From NCBI GenBank assembly GCA_000182565.2, contig KQ257458.1: a stretch of DNA of 64,000 nucleotides. One strand, written 5' to 3'. A model generated the notes under the pieces. The model saw only the letters and a program-made list of their open reading frames with translations, was not told the origin of the DNA and did no database searches. Within the stretch, counting starts at the first letter, position 1, and each line of letters opens with the position of its first letter. Origin of the DNA: Spizellomyces punctatus DAOM BR117. Its lineage: Eukaryota. Below, piece by piece: positions 10,672 to 22,247 of the stretch. Made by a program: the position numbers and the translations under genes.

Positions 10672-13032
10672 ATGGTTTTATCTGAACATGCCGATCCAGA
10701 GACCATCGTGGATACTCTTGCACGTCTGAACATTCGCAAGAAATCCCATATTCATTCTCTCGGTACTTTGACGGCTTTGCATCATTCAGCGGAATATGCT
10801 AGCCTAACACCACTTTTACCTTTTAGCCTATGCGTCCCGCTTTGCTACGCAAGATATCCCAAAAGTGAGTTCACCCTTTCGCTTGGACTGAAAACGGTTG
10901 TCACTCATTAGGTATTGATCCTCTATAGTACACTCTACCCGAGACTTCATCAGAGGCCGTGGTAGCCTACCAGATGATCCACGACATGCTGGAATTTGAT
11001 GGCAGTCCTGCCAAAAACCTTGCATCTTTCCGTAAGCAAACTGCAATCCTACTTGTTAGAAAACTTTACCAGGGCTCACATTTGTTCTGTAGTCAGCACC
11101 TGGATGGAACCTGAGGCAGAGAAGCTGATGGTAGAAAATCTGGCCAAAAACTTGGCGGACCAGGTGGCTTAACAAAACCTATGATAATCCATCATGCCAT
11201 AATTGCAATCTAATCCGTGTACAGGATGAATACCCAGCGACCATGAGAATACAGGATCGCTGCGTCTCAATTCTCTCTCATATGTGGAAGATTCCAAGTG
11301 GCCAAAAAGCTGTCGGCACTGCCACGGTAGGGTCTTCGGAAGCCGTGCAACTGGGTGGGTTGGCGATGAAATGGCGATGGAGGGATGCACGCAAGGCGGC
11401 TGGCAAGGATGTCAGCAAGCCAAACATTATCTACGCTTCTAATGCACAGGTACGATGCGATATCTTCTGTTCGCACAGTGTTGTGTACAATAACTGATTT
11501 TAACAATTAACAGGTGGCCTTGGAGAAGTTTGCACGATACTTTGACGTTGAGGCGCGTGTGGTGCCTGTCTCAGAAAAGAGCAGATTCTGTTTAGATGTG
11601 GAGAAAGCAATCAAATTGGTCGATGAGAATACCATAGGCATCTACGTGAGTTTTCAATGCGGCAACATGACGTACAGTGACAGCTCTAAAAGACCGGCTT
11701 GTTTTAGGTCATTATGGGCAGCACCTACACTGGCCACTACGAGAATGTTGAGGCTATGTCCAAAGCGTTAGATGACCTTCAAAAGCGCACCGGTCTTGAC
11801 ATTCCCATTCATGTCGACGCTGCCAGCGGTGGATTCGTCGCACCATTTGCATCACCCAACCTCAAGTGGGCGTTTGATCTCCCCCGCGTTGTCTCTATCA
11901 ACACGTCTGGACACAAGTACGGATTATGCTATGCCGGCATTGGTGAGTACGATTCATATACCCATCTGTATGAAAATGGTATAAACCCTCTGGCAATGCA
12001 CAGGGTGGATCATCTGGAGAAGTTCAGAGTATCTCCCACAGGGGCTTGTGTTCCAGCTACACTATCTTGGAGGAAGCGAGGCAACCTATACCCTCAATTT
12101 TAGTCGTAAGTAAATGCGCTTGCGATCATACGGGACTTTTGTACACTCACTTGCGTGGATTCTTCAGGTCCTGCATCATCTATGATCGCCCAATACTACA
12201 ATCTCATCCGTCTCGGACGTAAAGGGTACACAGACATTATTACCAACTGTCTCACCAATGCCCGCTTACTGGTGCGCTGTTTGAATAATGGTAGCTGCTA
12301 TGTCTGCTAAATTGGAATCTAATGTTCCGTTTGTTAGTCCTGCGCGCTCGAAAAGACGGAAATTTTTGAAGTCGTTTCCGACATCCATCGTCCTCGCGGG
12401 CAATTCTATAACTCACACGGAACGGCTAAGTGTAGTCCTCCAAGTGACTACACAAAAAATTCCTCTTTTAATGATGGCCTGCCAGTGGTTGCATTCACGT
12501 ACGTTTAATTCTTCCCGTATATTATTACGATTCTCCGATGCTCAGATGTCTTGCGTATCCCATTCAGTTTCTCCCGAAAGTTCAAAGAAGATCATCCGGA
12601 TGTTGAACAACAATTTGTCGTCAACTTGCTTCGCGCTCGTGGATGGATCGTACCCAGTTACCCTCTCCCACCTGACTGTGAAAACATTGAAATTCTTCGC
12701 GTGGTAGTGAGGGAGAGTATGACCGAAGAGCTTGTTGAGCTGCTCGGTAAGCATTGTAGAGTCGACATTTCGTTTTGTCCGTCCGGAAAGTCTCACGCGC
12801 ATCCCATTTCATATAAAGTGACTGACATCCTCTGGGCCGTGAACGGTACGTGAATGCAACAAGCCGATTCCTGGTATCATCATCGCTAACGATACATTGG
12901 TATACAGGTATTCTAGAAGAAGGTCAACATTTCCTTTCGAAGCACACGCAGCCGAGCTCTCACAATCGAGCGGAAGCCTTCACAAGCGACAAAAAACCTG
13001 ATGGAAAACATGTATACTCGAGAGTTTGTTGA
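10672..13032 (+). CDS. GAD1: Glutamate decarboxylase (PLP-dependent group II), multi-exon
   Basis: [79 protein letters not shown] (PLP lysine), [15 protein letters not shown]. Confidence 0.95.
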
Positions 13033-13324
13033 GCAATGTAATCCAATACATCTTGTGCAATACATCCTGTGCATTTCTTGTACATCATGATATAGGTGAT
13101 TAGACTGGTCAATCACATCTTTCGAGCTACCGCATTCAATTCTGATAGTGTATTGCACATATTGCAAAACACTACGTTCGATTGTTTTTGGATAATGTTG
13201 TTTCGTACCCAATGTCAATACTGATGGCACCATACAGTTGAATTAGGGCCACTGGTACTCGTACTGCTGCAGGATTCGGGTTTAACGAAACGCGCTCCAC
13301 AGCTCCATTTGTTTCCAGCAAGGC

Positions 13325-13350
13325 TATCGTATAGGCTTGCCTATTCGATA
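13325..13350. repeat. Solo 22-bp palindrome flanked by TA, matching the Fanzor element ends
   Basis: TA-TCGTATAGGC-TT-GCCTATTCGA-TA; compare 4097-4110 GCTTGCCTATACGA and 6655-6673 TTGTATAGGCTTGCCTATA. Confidence 0.7.
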
Positions 13351-13707
13351 CAATAGGAAACCATAAAATCAATACCCCTTGAGAACTCGGAGCTTCTCCA
13401 ACATTTTTTTATGGATGCTTGTCTTTGTCTAATAAGGTAATGGAAATTAACAGCACAATGCACCTCGAGCAGCGTTGCCTTTCACCGAAAAGGTCACCAT
13501 GGAAAAGCAAAAGGGAGAGAGCCGGCTGCGAATCTACACCTGTTGAGAAGAAAATGAGCGACAATAGAATTTAAAAGTTTGACATTTGTTTGATTTACAG
13601 GCCAGCTGTGGCTAACGCTGAGTGAATACTCTTACAGTTCTCAGTTCTTAGTGTTTTTTTTTGTCTACATTAACTACATATATAGAGTTGCTTTGGTGTA
13701 CCCCAGT

Positions 13708-14649
13708 TCAGTTGTGTTTCCTGCGTTCAAGAACGCTCGCATTATGCACCTTTCCAGCCTGGTTGACGACCGTCAAAAGCAAGCGATCCTTGAGCCAACC
13801 TGGGAGTTGTGCCAAAAGACCAAATGTGGCCGCATGCTGCCAGTAGGGACTAAAGTTTTTCAAGTGCACCTTTCCAAAGGTTTGCTGTGCGACTACGACG
13901 GGATCCGCAGCATCTGGAAGCTGGCACATGTCCGATTTGACGAAACCAGGACAAACGCAGGTAACATCAACATTAGACCCGCGCAGTTCCAAACGGATCG
14001 CTTCCGACAGGCCGCTTATAAACCATTTGGAACTTGCGTACACCGACATGAGTGGCCCGGGTCCGTAACTGCTAGCAGAGCTGACGTTCAGAATCAGGCT
14101 TCGTGAAGAGCGGTTCTTCTTGAGTATTGGGAGGATACTTTTCGTAAGAAGGGTTGTATAGGTGCAGTTGATGCGAATAATAGACTCCAGTTCCTCAGAG
14201 GACGTTTCTTCCAGTGTACCATAGAGCTTATTCATCGCACCGACATTGTTGACTAGGATGCTGACAGTACCAGCGGCAGCAACTGCCTCGGCGACCCGAG
14301 AAAAGTTCTCTGGTGTGGTATCCTTCGCATCGGATATCACAGTTTGGATGCGGATGGCTGGGTACCGTCTACTTACACCCTCCTTGAGCTTGTCGAGTTT
14401 GGTCTGGTTTCGTCCCACGAGAATCAAATTAAAACCCTTTGACGCCAGTTCATCGCAAAAGGCTTGTCCTATACCACCGGTTGGACCAGTAACGACCGCA
14501 TAAGCATTTTTGGAGTCAGTTTGGTACTTTAGGAGTGAGTCTTTGTTAACGAAGAAGGTGTCCTTGACCCAATTGCCGAAAGCGTAGGTAGTTTTCAGCA
14601 AGATTATGACACCTATTAGATATATCGCTTGTTCCAACGTCTGTAGCAT
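13708..14649 (-). CDS. Short-chain dehydrogenase/reductase, very-long-chain 3-oxoacyl-CoA reductase / 17beta-HSD12-like
   Basis: Intronless 313 aa; N-terminal TM; AVVTGPTGGIG, LVNNVG, NVSS, YASSK. Confidence 0.9.
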   Translation of the reverse strand: MLQTLEQAIYLIGVIILLKTTYAFGNWVKDTFFVNKDSLLKYQTDSKNAYAVVTGPTGGIGQAFCDELASKGFNLILVGRNQTKLDKLKEGVSRRYPAIRIQTVISDAKDTTPENFSRVAEAVAAAGTVSILVNNVGAMNKLYGTLEETSSEELESIIRINCTYTTLLTKSILPILKKNRSSRSLILNVSSASSYGPGPLMSVYASSKWFISGLSEAIRLELRGSNVDVTCVCPGFVKSDMCQLPDAADPVVVAQQTFGKVHLKNFSPYWQHAATFGLLAQLPGWLKDRLLLTVVNQAGKVHNASVLERRKHN

Positions 14650-15017
14650 TCTTGACCTTTGGACCGAGGACGTTCCCGCTTGGGTCCTTGAGATATACTT
14701 GCAGTGCCAGTGGCACTTTGAGGCGGAAATCGGAGGCCGTCCGAAACCGCGGCGGTCAGGGTTTCAACCGCAAACCCGGAACCTTGGAGTAGCACAAGAC
14801 AAAAGCCTCATTTAACCGACACCAAAGTTACATTCGCTGCGCCGCCGTTCCGGAGGCACAGTCACCAATTTGAAGCTGGTTGCACTTCTTGGTTGCTTTT
14901 TAAAATTTCCAATTGTATACCTTGTACTGCTCTGCAGTTTAGTCGGCGGTCCAGTGCCTATCTAGCAAATTGAGGCAATATCGCTTTCGCTACATACGCA
15001 TCATCATCATTTTTGAA

Positions 15018-17217
15018 TTACAACATAATAACCCTGACGCCCCCAAAACGTCCAATTCCACTCATCTTTTCCCCAGGACACGTAATGTAACACTGATTTC
15101 GCGGAATTCCCATTTGTTTTGCTAACACAGCGACGGATCTCGGTCCAAATTTCCCATTCACAAGGATCAGATCAATTTGAATCTTTGGATACAGCCTGTC
15201 CAGCGCACGACAGTTGGCTTCAAGGTTAGGTGGAATCTCAGATTCTTGCTCGTAAAAGTGGACCATGTAGATGTACATGGTCATTTCGTTTTCTTGGACA
15301 TATAGGACGGCTTTGTTCAAGACGTGAATCTCGTCGTGATTTGTGAAGAAAGCGCTAAAGGAGCAAAAGCGATATCCAAGCACGCATTTTTAGTTGTGAG
15401 CTCTTCTATGCAAGATACTGTCCACTTACACAGGATGTGAACGGATCGTAATAACTGCAGAGATTAAGGAGTTGACCAGTTTCCTCAATTTTGGATATGC
15501 ATCAGCCACGAAAATCAGAACTTTCAGTACGCGCACTTGATTGAGAACCCCCCACATGGCCAAAAACAGAACGGCGAAAAACGTGGCAAAAGTTCCAATC
15601 ATCGGCGGATCGTAAATTGCATTTCCGACAATGGCTACCAGGACGGCCAAGATTCCTGCTACCACAGTTCCAGAAGACGCCCTCACTTCGCGTTTCAGCC
15701 TCCCACGTTTGTATTTCAAGAGGAGGTTCGCCACGGCTATAGCCAGAAGGACCGCTATGAATGAAGTAGCCATTAAAAGGGAAGCGAGAGTGGTGTCTCC
15801 ACGAGTAACACCGACGAGCACAAGGCAGAGGGAAAGGAATGATAATGTTATCCAATGATGAGATCCCCTGAGCTGATTACGAATAAGAAGGAAGCGGGGT
15901 AGAAGACGGTCGGCCGACATGTGTTCCAGCAGACCGCCGACACCGACGAAGGCGGTTAACACTCCGCCGCACAACACCATAACCGCATCCACGGATACAA
16001 TGATCCTCAAAGGTCTGCCACCGGCTGCATCAGCAATAAGGGTTACGGCGCTGTTGGGATATAAGGCCACGAGGTTACGAGGAACGATTGCCAAGCAGAC
16101 CAAGGTCAGAATTGGGTTGATGGTAGCCATGATTGACAAGTTTCTCATGGTTTTCGGAAACACTCCTGGCTTTTGCTCTTCAATATAGTTGACCGAGTCC
16201 TCGAATCCAGTGAATCCAAGCATTCCGACGCAAAAGCCAAAGAAAATGTCCAGTGGCGCATTTTCGTTAGGCGAGGGATCCTTCCAATTAGCACGCAGAA
16301 TGTCTCCGCCATTCTTTATCCACTGCACCACACCCGCGCCAGTTAGGCAAACCAAGGTCGTCGCATGTATTGCACATATTGCAAAAGACACATAGGACGA
16401 CTCCTTTATTCCCAGCAGATTCAAAGCGGCAAAGAACAGCAGGATTCCCACCGTTGCCCCAATCACGTTGATGATTCCAAATTCGTTCCAAAAGTAGGTA
16501 CTGGCAGACGCGGCACTGACCACTGCGGTCGCAAGGTAATCCAATATCGAGCAGCAGGCAGCGATGGCTGCGACCACCTTTGAGGACGCTGCGAGCATGG
16601 TACTGTAGCATCCGCCGTTCACGGGGACACAAGAACCAACTTCAGCAAATATGAAACGGTACATGTAAATTACCAAGCAGGCCAAGAAAAGCGAAATTGG
16701 TGCGTACTGCCCGGCGGCAATGATTGCCAACCCAATTGTATACAATACGCTACCAATGAGATCGTTCGCGGCTACAAACGCACAACATGATTAGCATATA
16801 TAACACGGCAGTTGAAGATTCTTACTCACCAATAGCAGTCGAACTCCATTCCCCCAAGGTGGCCTTGTTATGTAAACTACCAATTGCTTCAACCGTCGAC
16901 GAATTCTCCGCTTCGAGACGAACCCGGACCGTTCTGCCCCATCCAGCAAACTCCCAGGAATTCCCAAACCTAGGTGTGCGCGACACTTGACCGTACTCTG
17001 AAAACTTTGTGCTGTGCTCCTGCGCAGGGTCCCAAGGCTGGCGACGGCGGAGACGCGCAAGAGTTGCAGACAGTTCACCAATGTGAACCAGGTCTATCGT
17101 TTCTGGGGGAACTCGAGGGCGTTGTACGCGGGGAACGAGGTCAACGATATGGGTAGATACCGTTGTAGGGTGGTCTTCAATCTGGTACGTTGATCCATTA
17201 ACATCCTCGCTGTTCAT
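15018..17217 (-). CDS. APC-superfamily amino acid permease with a C-terminal soluble domain, multi-exon
   Basis: LGEWSSTAI, NDLIGSVLYTIG, NGGCYS, GFTGFE, GVFPKTMRN, MSADRLLP; multiple TM helices. Confidence 0.9.
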
Positions 17218-17771
17218 ATTCGCTTTACAGATACTTGAGTTTCGACTTTGCCCAAGTCGTCTGTATCCCTGCAGGACCTAATGTTCTTTCCAGTCCTGCG
17301 ACCTGCAAAGTTCTTTGGCAATATTATTTGGGGCCAGGAAGGCATGAAAGTGTTAATTGTGGCCGACCACACGGTTATCGTGAGAACCAGCAAAGGAATC
17401 TTGTCCGATTCCAAGACTTACGAGAGTCACATGATCTGCATCAGATATTAAGGCATTGGTGGATATTTCTCTGGACATTCGATTGCATCAAGCCAATCAA
17501 ATGCTATGGCGCAGTCATTGAAATGAATTGACATTGGAACCTATGAAGGCGGAGTGGATTCCTCTCCACTCGAACACCCGACCAGAGACGCTGACGTTCT
17601 TTGGGCTTCGCATCGACCAAACCTTCAGCGCCTACAACTCGACTGCTGGTTCAATCTAACCATCATATCCCAAAAGTTATCTGTACATTTAAATCCTACT
17701 AGAACAGTATACACATACATCACTCTCTTTGAGACCCACAGGGTACTCTCCGCATCGGGCTATTACGGAGC

Positions 17772-20420
17772 ATGGCCACCCCACAACTGCACTCCCTGAA
17801 CTCGACCGATTCTCGCAACCATACTCGTCCACAATCTCTACCGCTACAGATAAGAGAACCGTCTCCTGTCAACCTTTTTTCTCCTTCGACTCCCTTGTTG
17901 TCGCCGAGTCATCCCGGTGGCCTTGAGGACTCTCCCGACCTTCAAGCCGTTCTGGACACTCTAGTACAAAATACCCTCTCATATTCTGCTACTTCTCTTC
18001 CAGAGTCAGATCGTTTATTTTTTTCCACTGAACTACGGCGGCTGATAGAGGACTCGACTATACCGCTGGCAGACAAGATAGATGGGGCTACAGAGTTGGC
18101 GGATATGTGTTTAGGACGTGGCTGGGAGTCGGGAACTGACATTGACATTGGGGAAGAATTGGATATGGATGGGATCAGGGCTAGTGAGGCAGGGAAATCG
18201 GAGGATATTATAACTTCCGATAAGCACGCCATTCTATATGGCGTAAGGGAGGGAAATCCTAGAAAGCGTACCAGGCTAGACGAGCAGCTAGTAACACAGG
18301 AAAGCGTGCAGGTAAGATATCATGGGCCTGGTCCTTTGTGCGTGGACCGAAATGAGTTATCATGCGCGGATACTCATTCCCTTTTCCTGTTCTCTCTTCA
18401 GTTACCAACAGATGGTAAGACAGGTGCAGTGGTCCCTAAATCTGTTGAGAAAATGCCTGTGTCGCTGGCGAAGGATTTTCCCGGCGGATTTCTGCAACAT
18501 TGTCCAGAAGATATTCTTCTGTACATATTCTCTCACCTGGACGCTCGCTCGCTGTGCCGCTCCTCCCAGTCTTGTCGCTATTGGAATGCATTAATTAGTT
18601 CCTTCGAGACGTCGGTATGGTCTCGGCTTACTCGGTCACGATGGGGAGTGGGAGAACCGAACCAACTAGGAATGTCATGGAAGGAATATTTCCAGATGCA
18701 TTGGAACGTGCAAGTTGGACATTTTGATTTGCAAAGGTTCAAGGAACAAGAGACCCAGGCGGACGGACCGGGAGGAACACGCCGGATTGAACAAGGTGTG
18801 ACTTCTCCTGCGGAAGATGGCCATGACGCTCAGAGCCCGCTGTCGATGGACATGATTGGATCCTCCCAGAGTAGATTGTCAGTCCCAAGCAATGTTCGGC
18901 GTCGGTACGTGGCAGCTTGGCCAGCGGATCCAAACAACGCATATATTGTCGCCTTGGATTCAGATAATGCCAAGTTGGCTTGGGTGGACGCCGACGATCC
19001 AATATCCATTAGAGTGTCATCTATCAATCAAGATGGGAGCCTCTCGCCTCACCGCACATTGGAGGGACACGAAAATCCCATTGGACTTATTCTCTCCAAC
19101 ATGGAAGGAACGTTGGTCTCCTTTGACGATTCTTCCACAATCATTGTCTGGAACATACGGACAATGCAATTCGAGCGTGCCATTAATGCCAACGAAGAAC
19201 TCGGATTTATCTTTTCCATGAACATTCATAAACGTCGCATCGTAACTGGCGGGAAGAATGGAAGAGTCATTGTGTGGGACGCGGATACTGGAGATGCTAT
19301 TTGGACAGTCGACGTCGAAGAAAAGTATTTGTCGGGTCTCTCCGTCCAGAATCTGCTAAATGTAGCGGTTTGGGAGGATCTCGTAGCGTACGGCGTATGG
19401 GAAGGGGGTTTTTGGGTGGGTAACATGAAGGAGAAAAGGCAAATTGCCACGTTTGAGGTCGAGGACATGAGGAAAGCAATGGCCCTTCGAAGTGGTAATG
19501 GTATCGTGAGCGAAGGGACGACGTCTGCGTCTGAAGAGACTTTGCACGAAAACCCGAACAATACCACCAGTGACTCGTCTTTGGTTCTTTCCGATCGTGT
19601 CGAACAAAATGGGCCGACCAATGATACGGCAGGGCCGTCCTCCATACCGGAAACCCCCTCTTACACTTCAAATGATATACCTTCGTCAGCCAGTTTTCCT
19701 CAGGACGGCCCTGCCGATTCAGAACATGCTGCTCACGGGGTGACAAGCAATGGCACCGATGTCGCTGTTGTAGTTCCACCAGGCGTTCATGGTGATCTGA
19801 CGATTTGGTTCGATTCTGACTCGGAAACGGATACGGAAGATGATGAGGAAGGGCCACCAGGGCCTCCTGGTCTGCATGGCTGGATACCTCCACCTTTTGT
19901 GTTTCCAGCAGCAGCAGAGCCTACACTTTTCCCAATGACTTTGGCTTTAAATGGCCATCTTCTTCTTACCAATGGACCCGAGAGACATCAACTAGCTGTA
20001 TGGGATTTGAGAGGTCTCACGCCGCTGTATACCCTAAGTTCAACGCAATCCGATTCCACCGCTCCCTCTCCCGATGATGCACGAAGGCGATCAAGTCACG
20101 CCCGTTGGAGACGCCGCCGCGATGTCCGACCTCCAGAAATCAAGTTTGCTGAAATTAGCCGAGATGGAAGCATGGTTTTTGCAAGTGTGACAGACAGGTC
20201 CAGGCGCAGGCGTCGGCAGGACTTGATGCTACCTGAGAAACGGAACGAATTTTTAGTGTGGGACTTTCGGAAGGACATAAATACTGAGAAACCTTCTCAA
20301 AGAAAATTTGAAAAAGTTCGAATCGGAGGACGCGGGGAAGGAGGTTTAGACTGGGCGGATGGTGACGACGGGGAGGGAATTGAGATATGGATCTGTTGGG
20401 ATGAAGAGGTAATAGGCTAG
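17772..20420 (+). CDS. F-box / WD40-repeat protein (may contain an in-frame intron near 18312-18401)
   Basis: F-box LQHCPEDILLYIFSHLDARSLCRSSQSCRYW; WD repeats LEGH...TIIVWN and IVTGGKNGRVIVWD. Confidence 0.88.
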   Translation: MATPQLHSLNSTDSRNHTRPQSLPLQIREPSPVNLFSPSTPLLSPSHPGGLEDSPDLQAVLDTLVQNTLSYSATSLPESDRLFFSTELRRLIEDSTIPLADKIDGATELADMCLGRGWESGTDIDIGEELDMDGIRASEAGKSEDIITSDKHAILYGVREGNPRKRTRLDEQLVTQESVQVRYHGPGPLCVDRNELSCADTHSLFLFSLQLPTDGKTGAVVPKSVEKMPVSLAKDFPGGFLQHCPEDILLYIFSHLDARSLCRSSQSCRYWNALISSFETSVWSRLTRSRWGVGEPNQLGMSWKEYFQMHWNVQVGHFDLQRFKEQETQADGPGGTRRIEQGVTSPAEDGHDAQSPLSMDMIGSSQSRLSVPSNVRRRYVAAWPADPNNAYIVALDSDNAKLAWVDADDPISIRVSSINQDGSLSPHRTLEGHENPIGLILSNMEGTLVSFDDSSTIIVWNIRTMQFERAINANEELGFIFSMNIHKRRIVTGGKNGRVIVWDADTGDAIWTVDVEEKYLSGLSVQNLLNVAVWEDLVAYGVWEGGFWVGNMKEKRQIATFEVEDMRKAMALRSGNGIVSEGTTSASEETLHENPNNTTSDSSLVLSDRVEQNGPTNDTAGPSSIPETPSYTSNDIPSSASFPQDGPADSEHAAHGVTSNGTDVAVVVPPGVHGDLTIWFDSDSETDTEDDEEGPPGPPGLHGWIPPPFVFPAAAEPTLFPMTLALNGHLLLTNGPERHQLAVWDLRGLTPLYTLSSTQSDSTAPSPDDARRRSSHARWRRRRDVRPPEIKFAEISRDGSMVFASVTDRSRRRRRQDLMLPEKRNEFLVWDFRKDINTEKPSQRKFEKVRIGGRGEGGLDWADGDDGEGIEIWICWDEEVIG

Positions 20421-22247
20421 GATTTTGGGACACCACACACTCACGCATTATGGCACACGACTTTTTTATCCTATTGAAGGAGTTCGTTGCTGACTTTTAC
20501 CCAGTGTATTAAGCGATACATCCTGGTTTGCATTTTGTAAAACGGGTGATTCGCATTGTGTAATATTTTTTTGAACCTTTACTTGCACATGTTTTTGGAA
20601 CTTTCTGAAGTTTAAGCTGGGAAATAGGAATACTCTGCACGCTTTTATTCACTGGAATTTGAGATATTATATTTCGCCGAGAGCCGAGTCAGTTGCATTT
20701 GCCTTGTTTGGCCGTGTGCAATAAGAGTCGCCGAGCTTTTACCGCAGATGCCATGCTACGAACCATGGAACCATGGGGGGCCGAATGTTGACATGGCAAC
20801 CCCCTGCTGCCCCGCGCAATTCCCGCCCAAATGAAGTTAACCTTAAATACGATAAATTTGCATCCCTTTGGGGTCATAGGGGGGATCATGTGAGGCTTTG
20901 GGTAACTGTGTTGGATTTTGCACATGCCAAATCGAAGGCGAAGAAGGCCCCGCAATAACTATCAAAGATTGGACAGCAGGCGGATGCTCTGTTTGCGCAA
21001 TGTAAAGTTTTAACCTCAAATGACAGCACTGCCTGCGATAGGAGGTTGTCATAATGGCTCTACCCACATGCTGTCAGACAAAATGGGCTTTTTCATATTG
21101 GTCAAGGAACGGCTGCCGACTTGTTATCTGCGCTTGTCCGCTTGCTGCCAGAAACGGTAGATGAAGCCTTGTCCAGTTGCGCTTTTTCAAGTAAGAAAGA
21201 TCCACGAGTGCACCAGACGCGCAGACGACAAGGAAAAATCTACAAAAAAGTTCTGGGCGTTAAACCTGACCGAACGGACACAAGGTCTCAGGCCGCGTCC
21301 TTCTTGTCGTGGCTCTCCAACGCACTACTGGTAACCTCGCGTGTTGATCATTTGTTTGTCAGGTGTGCCCAGGCAGTGTGTATAGTGGCATGTGTTTATG
21401 GCAAAGTAGCGGTTGGGATTCGGCTCGGCACGATATGCCCATTGTACTCTATGGCGGATGATATTGTTTATTTTTAACCCACTGCTGCGGGCAACAAAGG
21501 CCGATACCGCTATTCGCACACAAGAAAACAGAAAAATTCATTGCGTAAAGATTCATGAAAAAAAATGGGCAAGAAGCGCCTTATCACTAGAAATGTGTGA
21601 GGTGGTACATATCCCATCCTTTTCTTTTGTAAACTTGATTCTGATCATGATCTCTCTCCCCCGAATGTTTGCAAATGGAAAAGCGCAAAAAATTCCTACA
21701 AGATCGCAGTCACGAAGCGCAAACAAAACTGCCAATCCGTGAAAAACCGAAACCGTTTCTTTAACTCAAAAAGTCAATGCCAATCTAGGTTTTAGTGTGA
21801 CGCTACCAAGGGGTGGAGGATGTCCTTCCCTCCGATAGCAATTTGTTTATGATTATGGGCTGCTGGTAGCTTTTTGTAGATTTGAGTCACAAGTTTGCCG
21901 ATTTTTGCTTTTCTGGTGTGATATCCTTTTTTTTTGCTACAATCCAATTGTTGGATTCAGGAAAGTTGTGTGGCAAATAGTTACTTGTATTCGTGGTGGA
22001 AATTTGAGTTGGAGAGAATGCCCCCACTGAAATTAAGATTACCTTTGGGTGATATAAAGAGGGGGGCAGGTCAAGGGCTCCCGCTTCTCGTTGCGGTTAC
22101 CATTCCCTTTTGTCTCACTCTAATACCGTCCCCAAAGAAACGCTCGCGCTGGTCGCATTTTATTTCGTGCGCTGGTCGTACTTTCTTTCAGTCTTTCGTC
22201 CACTTTAGAGTGCGACACCTCATACAAGAAACAAGTTAGTTGCCATC

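Noticed and set aside
1484-14915. A CRISPR-like array made of the short host fragments
   Set aside because: There is no constant repeat separating the fragments and no regular spacing; lengths range from 33 to 170 bp.
7499-14915. Pack-MULE or other large TIR transposon carrying three genes
   Set aside because: No 8-10 bp TSD at the repeat ends and no transposase; kept only as an inverted duplication.
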